From contig RFSE01000001.1 of NCBI GenBank assembly GCA_009924135.1, positions 4,518-68,517 of the forward strand: a stretch of 64,000 nt of DNA. Direction: 5' to 3'. The stretch comes from Pseudomonadota bacterium (GTDB lineage: Bacteria; Verrucomicrobiota; Verrucomicrobiia; Limisphaerales; SXTU01). The translations under genes were made by a program, and so were the position numbers. Shown here one piece after another: positions 10,010 through 18,620 of this stretch (the stretch's first letter is position 1; each line of letters starts with the position of its first letter). A model generated the notes under the pieces. The model made no database searches. It was given only the letters and a program-made list of their open reading frames with translations, and was not told the origin of the DNA.

Positions 10010-10252
10010 CGCAGGCTTCAGCCTGCGCGTAAAACCTGCCCGCCATAACCGGCAGGTTGTGCCTACCGCAGCGCGGACAACTTTCTCCCTCTTCCAATGG
10101 AAGTGCGCCGGGTGAGCATTCTCCCAACGACCGGTTCGCGCTTGGAATCCCTGAACACCGTGCCGGCGACTTGCAGTCGCCGTCCGTGGGGTACAACAGG
10201 CCGTACCAGCTTGGAGCAATCCCACCCGCAACGCGGCGACTGCAAGTCGCCG
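10010..10252. repeat. cluster of four REP-like hairpins in a convergent intergenic region
   Basis: Hairpin CGCAGGC-TTCA-GCCTGCG at 10010-10027. Hairpin AACCTGCC-N10-GGCAGGTT at 10033-10058. Hairpin CGGCGACT-TGC-AGTCGCCG at 10064-10082, with its exact reverse complement at 10234-10252. Confidence 0.7.
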
Positions 10253-10340
10253 GTACGACGTTCAGGAGGAGGGAAGACAGCCTCCCTTCAGCCAGATGTC
10301 ACGTGGATTGCGTATTCCGCTGGCGGCTACAGGCTGCCAG

Positions 10341-11309
10341 TCACTGCTTCGGCAGCCACTTCTCCCAGTTCTTCGCATAGGCATCCACGTTCGCCTTCGT
10401 TACCGCGATGAGCGGGGTGACATCCATGGGCGAGGCGGGGTTCTTCTTATAGTGGAGTTTGTTGAAGAGGTGCTGCACCGCGTGCTGGCCATAGCCATAA
10501 ACGTCCTGCGCGAGGAGCATTTCCACATGTCCGCTTTTCACGTAGGCGAGCTGCGGGGGGAGCGCATCCACGGAGACGCACTTGACGGTGCCGGCTGGCC
10601 ACTTGAGTGCGTTGCCGGTGAAGAGCGGCCAGCCGCCGAGCAGCCCCCAGCCGGTGATGTCGGGGTTGGACTGCTGCACCTGTTCGATCTTCGCGACGGC
10701 GTCCTGCGGCGTCTCCTTGTGGTAGAAGATGTCGAGCACCTTGATGCCCGGAGAGAGCTTCGCGGCGGCGCGGAAGCCGGCGGCACGCTGCTGGAGGTTC
10801 TGCGCGTTCGGGTTGCCGTCGATGGCGGCGACCGTGCCCTTGCCGCCCATGAGCTTGGCCAGCTCGATAAAGGTCTGCTCACCGCATTTGTAATCGTCGA
10901 TGCCGATGCTCACGAAGCGTTTGCTCGCCGGGGCGTCGCCCGAGAACGTCACCACCGGCACGCCCTGGCGGTCGGCCTTGTTGATGGCGTCGGTCAGCTT
11001 GTTGGCGTCCGAGCAGGAGATGATGATGCCGTCGGTGCCGGCGAGGACGAGCTGTTCGATGTATTCGGCCTGGCGCTGGGCGTCCTCCTCGTTGGGCGTC
11101 CGCCAGTCGATCTTGATCTTGATGCCGTGCTTGGCGCTGAGCTCCTTCGCCATGTCCTCGGCCCCGGCGCGGGCGGCGAGGAAGAACATGTTGCCCTGCG
11201 ACTTGGCAATCATGCCGAAGGAATAACTCTTCTGGGCCTGGGCCAGCAGCGGCGCAGTCGCGGCGAACACGGCGACCGTGCGAAGAAAGGAACGGCGAAC
11301 GGATTTCAT
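10341..11309 (-). CDS. periplasmic sugar-binding protein (type I PBP, RbsB-like), no adjacent ABC permease or ATPase
   Basis: Signal peptide MKSVRRSFLRTVAVFAATAPLLAQA, then the PBP-type sequence YSFGMIAKSQGNMFFLAARAGAEDMAKE...GTDGIIIS...GVPVVTF. The ATG at 11309 is chosen because the longer ORF runs into a repeat element. Confidence 0.75.
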   Translation of the reverse strand: MKSVRRSFLRTVAVFAATAPLLAQAQKSYSFGMIAKSQGNMFFLAARAGAEDMAKELSAKHGIKIKIDWRTPNEEDAQRQAEYIEQLVLAGTDGIIISCSDANKLTDAINKADRQGVPVVTFSGDAPASKRFVSIGIDDYKCGEQTFIELAKLMGGKGTVAAIDGNPNAQNLQQRAAGFRAAAKLSPGIKVLDIFYHKETPQDAVAKIEQVQQSNPDITGWGLLGGWPLFTGNALKWPAGTVKCVSVDALPPQLAYVKSGHVEMLLAQDVYGYGQHAVQHLFNKLHYKKNPASPMDVTPLIAVTKANVDAYAKNWEKWLPKQ

Positions 11310-11375
11310 GACCGCGAAGCGTACCGGACACGGCAACGGCGGGCGATAAAAAGTTGGCCGCCTCAACCGGAAGGG

Positions 11376-11567
11376 GCGCATCTTGACATTGCCCCCGAGG
11401 GCGAAATCTTCCGGAGCGCGGCTGTGTCGCGGAGACCAGCCGCAGCAGCTGCGCTTGGCAGGAGGCGTTGCGGCGTTCCGTCCCCGTTCGGCACTCCGAC
11501 CTTGCTGCGGCTGGTCCCGCGCCGAGCGGGACACAGCCGCGCTCCGGGGGCAGTGCCAATATGCACC
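11376..11567. repeat. ~192-bp palindromic MITE-like element, family A, copy 1
   Basis: Perfect 17-bp inverted termini CGGAGCGCGGCTGTGTC (11412-11428) and GACACAGCCGCGCTCCG (11530-11546). A second stem tier pairs GCGGAGACCAGCCGCAGC with GCTGCGGCTGGTCCCGC. The outer arm is GCGCATCTTGAC. Homologous to 20070-20261. Confidence 0.8.
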
Positions 11568-11661
11568 TTAACCTGAAGCGCAGTCGGACGGATGCGTGCG
11601 CGCTTGCCGCCGGGCGCTGTTCGGCCAAGACTGCGGCGTGCCATACAACTTCATTCGCTGG

Positions 11662-12645
11662 ATGCGGGTGCTGCTGGCCCTGCCGCTGCTCTGGGCCACC
11701 GGTTGCACCACGCCTCGGCCGGGCGCGCTGCTGAAACGGCAGGGCGACGAGATCGTCGTGGCCGGGCAGCTCTTCCACACGGGCACGCATGTCGTGACGT
11801 GGATGGACCCGAACGGCTACGATGCCTACCGCACCGAGCGGCGGTTCGCCCCGTTCGATCAATCGTCGTGGGAAACTTCCAAGGTGGCCGTGGCCGCGCT
11901 CAAGACCCCGAACCGGTTTGGCCTGCGCAAGGACGGCCTGAACGACACGCAAGTTGAGAAGGTGCGGGGCGGTGGGTGGGATCTGCCGTTGCTGCGCGAC
12001 CAAGTGGATCAATTCGTCCTGCACTTCGATGCGGCGGGCACTAGCCGGCAGTGCTTCAAGGTGCTGCACGACAACCGCTGCCTGAGCGTTCATTTCATGC
12101 TCGATCTGGACGGGACGATCTACCAGACGCTCGATCTCAAGGAGCGTGCGTGGCACGCGACGACTTCCAACACGCGCAGCATCGGCATTGAGATTGCGAA
12201 CATCGGGGCCTTTGCCCCCGGGGAGCAGAAGATGTTCGAGGAATGGTATCAGCGGGATGACACCGGCTGGCCGCGCGTGGTGATGCCGGCGCGTTTTGGC
12301 GAGGCGGGCCTCCTGACCCCGAACTTCATCGCCCGGCCGGCACGGAAGGATCCGGTCGTTGGCCCGGTGCAGGGGCGGCAGTTGCAGCAGTACGATTTCA
12401 CGCCGCAACAATATGCCGCGCTGGTGAAGCTCACGGCCACGCTCTGCAAGGTGTTTCCCAAAATCCGCTGCGACTACCCGCGCGGTTCGGACGGCCGGCT
12501 TTTTACGAGCAAGCTGCCTGACGAGGCGTTGGACAAATACCGGGGCATCCTCGGCCACTACCACATCCAGACCAACAAGGTGGACCCCGGCCCGGCGTTC
12601 CAGTGGGAGCGCGTCATTGGCGAGGCGAACAAACTGCTGAAATGA
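11662..12645 (+). CDS. N-acetylmuramoyl-L-alanine amidase (Amidase_2/PGRP fold) lipoprotein
   Basis: Lipobox-type signal MRVLLALPLLWATGC. Amidase_2 motifs VLHFDAAG...HFMLDLDGTIYQTLDL..RAWHA...GIEIAN...GHYHIQTNKVDPGPAF. Confidence 0.8.
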   Translation: MRVLLALPLLWATGCTTPRPGALLKRQGDEIVVAGQLFHTGTHVVTWMDPNGYDAYRTERRFAPFDQSSWETSKVAVAALKTPNRFGLRKDGLNDTQVEKVRGGGWDLPLLRDQVDQFVLHFDAAGTSRQCFKVLHDNRCLSVHFMLDLDGTIYQTLDLKERAWHATTSNTRSIGIEIANIGAFAPGEQKMFEEWYQRDDTGWPRVVMPARFGEAGLLTPNFIARPARKDPVVGPVQGRQLQQYDFTPQQYAALVKLTATLCKVFPKIRCDYPRGSDGRLFTSKLPDEALDKYRGILGHYHIQTNKVDPGPAFQWERVIGEANKLLK

Positions 12646-13214
12646 AGCATTTCAAGGCCATCGCCGCGATGTCGCTGAACCGCGTCATCGGGGACGGCAA
12701 CAAGATTCCCTGGCACCTGCCGGAAGACTTCAAATGGTTCAAGGAAAAGACCACGGGCAACATTGCCGTCATGGGCCGGAAGACCTTTGAAAGCCTGCCG
12801 GGCGTGCTGCCCAACCGCCGCATGCTGGTGCTCACCCGGCACCCGAGGGTGTTGGTACGAAACCACCCCGAGATTTTTGGCCAGTTCAAGGAGTGGCGCG
12901 GGGGCAAGCACCTGCGCAAGCCCTATCAAATGCGGTTCACGCGCCTGGATGGCAATCCGCACGGTGATTTGTGGGTGTTCAAGTCACTCGACTTGATCGA
13001 TCCCAAGGATTTCCAGTGCGAGATTTTCATCTGCGGCGGGGCGCAAATCTACGAGCAGGCGTTGCCGCTGTGTGAGGAGCTTTTCCTGACCGTCGTGAAG
13101 CGCGAGGTGCCCGGAGATGCTTTCTTCCCGCCGTTCGAAGACAACTTTGAACTGGTCGCGGAACTCCGCGACACGCCGGAGTTTAAGATTCTGCACTACC
13201 GGCGGCGCGGGTAA
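12642..13214 (+). CDS. folA: dihydrofolate reductase
   Basis: MKHFKAIAAMSLNRVIGDGNKIPWHLPEDFKWFKEKTTGNIAVMGRKTFESL and a CGGAQIYEQALP motif. The ATG overlaps the amidase stop (ATGA at 12642-12645). There is a ~30-aa insertion relative to minimal DHFRs. Confidence 0.88.
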   Translation: MKHFKAIAAMSLNRVIGDGNKIPWHLPEDFKWFKEKTTGNIAVMGRKTFESLPGVLPNRRMLVLTRHPRVLVRNHPEIFGQFKEWRGGKHLRKPYQMRFTRLDGNPHGDLWVFKSLDLIDPKDFQCEIFICGGAQIYEQALPLCEELFLTVVKREVPGDAFFPPFEDNFELVAELRDTPEFKILHYRRRG

Positions 13215-13391
13215 TTCCAATTACTGGAACACTCTAGGCGAAGCCCCTGCTTTGAACCAGCGACCGCGCGATCGCATCGCGCGAACCGAAGCGAGTCAGA
13301 AAAATGGGCGGTGGCTGGAGTTAAAATTATTCAGTCCCCATGTTTCTGGGCCTATTTGACCGAGTTCTGTTACCTTGAGGTGCTGTGCACT

Positions 13392-14288
13392 TCAAGGTCG
13401 GGTTGAAGGTCCCAGCCGGGTTTCGGCCTGGATCAGCGCCTCGGCGAAACGCCGGCCCACGTCGAGCGTGCCGGCGGTGTCGTAGTGCGCGCTGTTGGCG
13501 ATGGTGGCGCTGGCCGTGTCCACATAGGCGCAACGCGGGTCCTTGGCGGCGAGGGCCTGCTGGGCCTCGATGATCTTGGGCATGAAGGCGTTCTTGCCGC
13601 CGCCGAACTTGGTGTTGACCGCGACCAGCGCGATGAGTTGCGGAGCATCAAGGTCCTTCCGCAGGGCGGCGATCATGTCGCCGAGGGCCTGCGTGTAACG
13701 CGGAGCGGCAGTGGCGTTCGCATCGCTTTCCCCCTGCACCCACGCGAGCGCCCGGATGCGGAGGGTGACTCCGTCCGCCTTGGCCGCAGCAATGGCGGCT
13801 TTCGTTTCAGACACAAGCGCGCGGTAGCACGAACCGCCGGTGCCGGGATCGGCGGGGTTCCAATCCTGCGCCATGCCCGTGCCGCTCCAAGCAGCCTTTA
13901 CGACGGCCAGCGGCTTCTTCTCCTTCGCCACGAGGGCACGTGCGAGTCCGATCTCGGGACCAAACCCACCGTCGGCATTGGCGAAGTTGCCGTATTGGCG
14001 CGGGCCTTTCGTCTTGGGTGCGGGATTGCCCTTGGGCTGAGGCTGGAGGTGCGTCCACTTGCCGCCGCTGGTGGTGTCGAACTCATCGGGCGGAGGGTCG
14101 CCTGCGCGGAACCAGAAGAGCACGTCCTTGTCCGCCGCGTCGGCGGGCAGTTCGGAGGGCTTGGCATCGTAGCCCACGGCGTTGGACTGGCCGGCGATGA
14201 GGATGAGATCGCGCGTCTCGGCGGCGGGGGATTGGCCGCAAAGAACGCAAAGGAGCGCAAGTAGTGGTGCAGCGTGCTTTTGAGTCAT
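13392..14288 (-). CDS. secreted carbohydrate esterase, sialate O-acetylesterase-like (DUF303/SGNH)
   Basis: Signal peptide MTQKHAAPLLALLCVLCGQSPAA, then LILIAGQSNAVGY (the GQSN motif of DUF303 esterases). The start overlaps the upstream stop (ATGA at 14285-14288). Confidence 0.7.
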   Translation of the reverse strand: MTQKHAAPLLALLCVLCGQSPAAETRDLILIAGQSNAVGYDAKPSELPADAADKDVLFWFRAGDPPPDEFDTTSGGKWTHLQPQPKGNPAPKTKGPRQYGNFANADGGFGPEIGLARALVAKEKKPLAVVKAAWSGTGMAQDWNPADPGTGGSCYRALVSETKAAIAAAKADGVTLRIRALAWVQGESDANATAAPRYTQALGDMIAALRKDLDAPQLIALVAVNTKFGGGKNAFMPKIIEAQQALAAKDPRCAYVDTASATIANSAHYDTAGTLDVGRRFAEALIQAETRLGPSTRP

Positions 14289-14968
14289 GGTTTTTCTCTC
14301 CGTGTGTTCCATTTGTCTCCCTCTTGAACTGTCAGCAATCTGATTTGCCGGTGAACAACCTCCTGTTCTGAACCTCCTCGGCGAGTGAGTGGAGCTGGTG
14401 TGGTTCCGAGATTCGGAGAGAACCACAGAATTTCGGAGTGATACGGCAACTTGGTGCCATACTCGATATGATTGAGCATAAACCTCGAGCCCAGCGCTTG
14501 TTTCGGGTGTGAGCCAACAATGTCGTTAATCGAGCGGTTGCCCTTCGGATCGCCGAAGTCATGAGGCACCATGAGAACCACGATGGGGTCGATTGCTACG
14601 ATGTGAAACGTAAACGGTGCTAGGCGTTGCCTGTAGCTTCCAACACTAGACCCTGACTCCGGCCATCGGTCAAAATAGCCAAGCTTCTTGAGGTGGCTAT
14701 CAATCGAGTCAGCAATACTCATCACATCTCGTCGGTCTCCTGAAGATGTGCTCCAGACACTGTCGTCAGCGTCGCTCGTGTGCATGAGACCGGCGAAATA
14801 TGACCTCGTAAATTCCCTCACCTGAACTCCAGGAGCCATCCAAGGGCCATCAACTGGTTGCTCCTCCCACTTAGCGGACAGGCGGCTGGCAGTTGAACAC
14901 GAACAAAGCAGGAGGGCACCACACGTGAGTGCAACCAAGAGTGAGCGACTGGTCATGGTGGTGGTCAT
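14285..14968 (-). CDS. hypothetical lipoprotein, compositionally atypical (lower GC)
   Basis: Lipobox LLLCSCS after an N-terminal hydrophobic stretch. The 684-nt ORF lies in a stretch that is visibly AT-richer (about 50% by eye) than its neighbours. No recognisable family. Confidence 0.55.
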   Translation of the reverse strand: MTTTMTSRSLLVALTCGALLLCSCSTASRLSAKWEEQPVDGPWMAPGVQVREFTRSYFAGLMHTSDADDSVWSTSSGDRRDVMSIADSIDSHLKKLGYFDRWPESGSSVGSYRQRLAPFTFHIVAIDPIVVLMVPHDFGDPKGNRSINDIVGSHPKQALGSRFMLNHIEYGTKLPYHSEILWFSPNLGTTPAPLTRRGGSEQEVVHRQIRLLTVQEGDKWNTRREKP

Positions 14969-14998
14969 AGCACGGGCATTCCCATGAGTTGAGCAGAA

Positions 14999-17716
14999 TC
15001 ACTTGGCGAGCGCCGCGATTTCCTCCGCCGGCACCGCGCGATGCATCACCAGCGTCCGGCCGATCAGTCCGCGATAGTAGGCGTCGTGAAAATAAAAGAT
15101 CTCCGCACCGAGGATGAGCGAGGGGACGATGAGCGAGTCAGCCGGGAATTTCTTGGTCAGACCTTCGCCGACGGGCTGGCCGTCGAGGTAGAGGCGTACG
15201 AGCCACTGGCCGTCCTTGGGCTCGGCGGTCATGGCGACGTGATACCAGCGGTCGGCCGCGATGGTGGCGGACGAAGTGACGGTGTCGTTTACGTTGATGC
15301 GCGCGGCGAGTTGATAGGGGGCCTTGCCACCATGAAGGCCGAGGACGAAGCGGCGTGCGCCGTAACCGAGGATGTCGCCTTTGCCGCCGTGGCCGGACTT
15401 GCCCATCTCAGGCGCGGGCTTGATCCACGCGGCGAGGGTAAGCCCCGGGATGGGCGCGCCGCCGCCGTGATGGCCGGTGAGGGCGAGCGGGAGAGTGTCC
15501 TTGCCAGCATAGCTGGGGTGGCTGAGGTAGAAACGATTCAGGCCACTGTCGAGCCGGTAGTCCTTGCGACCGGTGAGGTTGTCAGCGAAGCGCAGGGCAG
15601 GGTGGCCGGCGTCGGTGACGAAGTCGAGGTTCGCCAAATCGAGGTGGCCGAGACCGCCGCCGCTGCCGTGGTTCAGCACCACCAATCCCTTGCCTTCAAG
15701 CATCCGGTAATCCGCCACGGCTCCGGCGGGCGCGGGCGGGATGGCAGCCGGCTGGTCGTTCGCCTGCGCCAATACTCCGGCGGGCAAGGACTCGCCGTCG
15801 GCCAGCTTGCGGAACTCCACGTCGGTGACGAGAAAGTCGCCGGTGCCCGCGTTGCCGAAAGCGATCTCCAGCACGCCGGCGTCCTCGGGTACGTCGAGCA
15901 CGAAACCCTGCTTGCGCCAGGCGAAGGTGCCGTTGCCGATGTAATGGCGCGCCTCGGCGAGCTTCTTATTCGTCTTGGCCTGGCTGGCGATCAGCTCGAT
16001 GCGTCCGCCGGGGCCGTGGAGGTTGTCCGCCTTGACCATGGCGGTCACGGCGTAGCGGCCTTTCGCGAGCGGCACGGCCTTGGCGAGGTTCGCTTTGCCG
16101 AAGGAAGCCGCGCCGAGCTTCATGGCGAAGCCGCTGCCCGCACCACAGTTCTGCTCCAGTTCGTAGGTGGGGCGCGTGTTGTGCGCCGTCATGAAAGGCG
16201 TGCGTCCGAGAATCCACGATTCGCTCATGGGCACAAACTGCGAGAAGGTCAGCTTCGGCCATTCGTCGGAGAAGATATAGTGGTGCTTGGGATCGAGTGT
16301 GGGTGCGTCGTAAACTTTGGACTCGTCGAAGAGCGATTTTGCCTCGGCCGCCGGTACGCCGGTGTAACGGTATTTCACTTCGAGCCGCGTGCCGGGCTTG
16401 GGCGTCTCCGGTGCGAAGCTCACGCCGGTGTCGTAGAAGGCGGCGCAGACAGCGGTGTTGAGCTTGCGGCCGGTGCTGGTGCCGCTGCTGATGTCATACT
16501 CCACCGCCGGGGCGATGTGCATTTGTTCCAGGTGCCGGCCAAACCATACCCGGGTGCCGCCCGCCGTTTCCAAGTCGTATTGCGGTCCGGGATCAATGGG
16601 ATAGACGGGGCGATGATACAGGGAACCACCGCTCTTCTTCGCGACGAGATACTGCCAGCGGAACGGGTCCAATGGCGTGTGATGCTCGAAGTCGAAGCCA
16701 TAGCGGAAGTAGAACGGTTCGCCAGGCAGGACCTCCAGCGCGCTCTCGATGTCGTAGGTGTACGTGCCGCGCTTCGCATCAAAACCAACGGTCAACGTGC
16801 TCTGCGTGGTGAAGCGGTGCTTTACGCTGCGCGCGGACCAGGTGGCTTTGAGCGACTTGCCGCCACCACTCGTGACCGGCGCGGTCCATTTACTGTCGGC
16901 GTCCTTAAATGCCCCTTGGTTCGCCAGATCCCAATGGGAGTCAAACGTGAGCTGGGGCTTGTAGCCGGGCCGGAGTTTGGCGAAAACGCTGGGGTCCTTT
17001 TCGTAGTGGAGCTGGAGGACCGGTTCGTCGCCATCGAAGACAAACTGTCTTCCACCGAGGAAGGGACGGACGGAGAAGTTCGGCGAATGCGGCGGCATCG
17101 GACGAGGGCTGCGCGGCGGCGGGCCGACTGACACCTCGCTGAAGGCGGCCTTCGCACCGTCGTTGATACCGATGCCGATAGCCCCTGAGGTCAGGGGGAG
17201 GAAACGGTCCTGCCAGTTGACCTTTTCCACTCCATCCAAGCTCACCTTAAGGGTGGAGCCATGTGCGCTGGCCACGAGTTTGTGCGGCTCCTTCAGTTTC
17301 ACTGCGCACGGCACCACCTGCACGTAGCCGCCCTCCGGCCACTTCACCACGGCGATGATCTGATACTTGTGCGAAAGCTGGACGCGATAGCCGCTGTTCG
17401 TTCCAGCACGCAGCAGCACGCCCGCATCGAATCCGCCATCACTGAAGGTGGCATCTGGCCACGCGCTCCAGCCCTGGCCAAAGAAGCGGGTCGTCTTCGC
17501 CGGCTCGGCGATGGTGATGATCGCCGCGACCTGCACGTCGGTGAACTCCTTGGTTGCCCGGAGCGAACTCCACTTGTCACCGGTCAAGGTCGCGGTCGTG
17601 TCGGTGACAACCGCGCCTTTCCAATCCGCTGGAATCGGGACCCATGCTGTCAGCGACTCAGCGGCTGTCGCAGACAGGCAGGCAGTGAGGAGGCAGAGCA
17701 GGGCAGCGGCTTTCAT
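14999..17716 (-). CDS. secreted multidomain protein: DUF1080-like N-terminal domain, CBM-like middle domain, LamG C-terminal domain
   Basis: Signal peptide MKAAALLCLLTACLSATAAES. C-terminal LamG-like sequence (LTLAAWIKPA...RWYHVAMTAEPKDGQWLVRLYLDGQPVGEG). The antisense ORF 15041..17131 has an R/G/A-biased composition. Confidence 0.6.
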   Translation of the reverse strand: MKAAALLCLLTACLSATAAESLTAWVPIPADWKGAVVTDTTATLTGDKWSSLRATKEFTDVQVAAIITIAEPAKTTRFFGQGWSAWPDATFSDGGFDAGVLLRAGTNSGYRVQLSHKYQIIAVVKWPEGGYVQVVPCAVKLKEPHKLVASAHGSTLKVSLDGVEKVNWQDRFLPLTSGAIGIGINDGAKAAFSEVSVGPPPRSPRPMPPHSPNFSVRPFLGGRQFVFDGDEPVLQLHYEKDPSVFAKLRPGYKPQLTFDSHWDLANQGAFKDADSKWTAPVTSGGGKSLKATWSARSVKHRFTTQSTLTVGFDAKRGTYTYDIESALEVLPGEPFYFRYGFDFEHHTPLDPFRWQYLVAKKSGGSLYHRPVYPIDPGPQYDLETAGGTRVWFGRHLEQMHIAPAVEYDISSGTSTGRKLNTAVCAAFYDTGVSFAPETPKPGTRLEVKYRYTGVPAAEAKSLFDESKVYDAPTLDPKHHYIFSDEWPKLTFSQFVPMSESWILGRTPFMTAHNTRPTYELEQNCGAGSGFAMKLGAASFGKANLAKAVPLAKGRYAVTAMVKADNLHGPGGRIELIASQAKTNKKLAEARHYIGNGTFAWRKQGFVLDVPEDAGVLEIAFGNAGTGDFLVTDVEFRKLADGESLPAGVLAQANDQPAAIPPAPAGAVADYRMLEGKGLVVLNHGSGGGLGHLDLANLDFVTDAGHPALRFADNLTGRKDYRLDSGLNRFYLSHPSYAGKDTLPLALTGHHGGGAPIPGLTLAAWIKPAPEMGKSGHGGKGDILGYGARRFVLGLHGGKAPYQLAARINVNDTVTSSATIAADRWYHVAMTAEPKDGQWLVRLYLDGQPVGEGLTKKFPADSLIVPSLILGAEIFYFHDAYYRGLIGRTLVMHRAVPAEEIAALAK

Positions 17717-17723
17717 CGGTCGG

Positions 17724-18569
17724 CTATTTGGTGGCTTTGACGCCGGACAGCGGATACGCGCTGACGGTGTCCCAGGCGATTTGCTGGAGCAGCGGGCGCA
17801 ACTCGGGACTGAGTTTGTCCAGGCTGGCGTTGGTATCTTTGAGGCCGACGGGCGAGATCTTGTAGATACAGGCGAAGTTGCAGTAGGTGGCGAGCGCGAG
17901 GATGGGCTCCTTGCCGTGGCCTATCAGATCGCCGAAAAGGTCGGTTTGTTTTGTGAGGCCGGGCGCTTTGCCAGAGGCGATCAAATCCCGCAGTTTCATC
18001 ACGGCATCACCAACCGGGACAATGCTGACGGCGTCGCGGCCCAAGCCCTTGTTCAGGGCGGCGATCTGGGCTTCGAGGTTCGTGCGCCACTTGAGGGTTG
18101 CGCTGCGGACGATATCGAGCGAGCGGGTGTCGCGGTCCTCGTTTTTCGCAATCTTGTCGGAGCCTTCCCAGCCATCCCATGGCATCCAGGAGTGCTGCAC
18201 GAGGAAGCGCATTTTCGGATTATGCTTGGCGCCGAGTTCGACAAAGCGGTCGATGCCTTCGTCGGGCAAGTACACGTGCGGCGACATCGTCATGACATCC
18301 ACCTCGCCGGCGGTGAGCGCGGGCTTGGCCTTCTGTTTTTCGTCGGGGAGGTTCCAATGCTGGATGACCTTCGATCCGCCAATCATCTGCGCGGCGACGA
18401 GCTTGTGCCCCTCGATGCCCGCTGCCTGCGCGAGGGTAGCCAGCCGGGGTGCGATGAAGATGTGGAAACTGTGCGCCGTAACCAGCACGCGCTCGCCTTT
18501 CGGCGGGTCGGCGGCGAGCAGCGAGGTGCCCAGAAGGGCGAGGACGCAGACGAGACGAAGGAATAGCAT
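17724..18569 (-). CDS. secreted SGNH/GDSL-like hydrolase (DUF4886-like)
   Basis: Signal peptide MLFLRLVCVLALLGTSLLAA. Possible block I sequence VLVTAHSFH and block V sequence FGDLIGHG. The family call is tentative. Confidence 0.4.
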   Translation of the reverse strand: MLFLRLVCVLALLGTSLLAADPPKGERVLVTAHSFHIFIAPRLATLAQAAGIEGHKLVAAQMIGGSKVIQHWNLPDEKQKAKPALTAGEVDVMTMSPHVYLPDEGIDRFVELGAKHNPKMRFLVQHSWMPWDGWEGSDKIAKNEDRDTRSLDIVRSATLKWRTNLEAQIAALNKGLGRDAVSIVPVGDAVMKLRDLIASGKAPGLTKQTDLFGDLIGHGKEPILALATYCNFACIYKISPVGLKDTNASLDKLSPELRPLLQQIAWDTVSAYPLSGVKATK

Positions 18570-18620
18570 GGTCAGCGTGCGACGGGCCGGGGGCTGGATG
18601 AATTCATGGGGAGACGGGAC

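Noticed and set aside
9979-10340. Possible CRISPR array, or CRISPR-like repeats at other hairpin clusters (23542-23805, 31121-31282)
   Set aside because: The repeats are inverted or palindromic and few in number. They are not regularly spaced direct repeats with unique spacers, and no cas genes are present in the window.
11310-11534. N-terminal extensions of the flanking genes through the family A elements (also 20028..20396 and 20020..20337), giving shared peptides such as [18 protein letters not shown]
   Set aside because: The shared peptides arise because the same palindromic DNA is translated. Proper signal peptides or conserved N-termini begin at the internal ATGs.
10879-12564. 561-aa minus-strand ORF spanning the sugar-binding gene start, the repeat element, the amidase and part of folA
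   Set aside because: It is antisense to genes with clear domain motifs. Its composition is extremely Arg/Pro/Gly/Ala-rich, typical of spurious ORFs in high-GC DNA, and it crosses a palindromic repeat.
13265-13396. Hairpins CGCGCGAT-CGC-ATCGCGCG (13265-13283) and CCTTGAGGTGC-TGT-GCACTTCAAGG (13372-13396) as intrinsic terminators for folA and the esterase
   Set aside because: The stems are plausible, but neither is followed by a T-tract. This is not enough to call them terminators without 3'-end data.
15041-17131. 696-aa plus-strand ORF
   Set aside because: It is antisense to the LamG-domain protein, which has a signal peptide and recognisable domains. Its composition is R/G/A/V-biased and it has no motifs.
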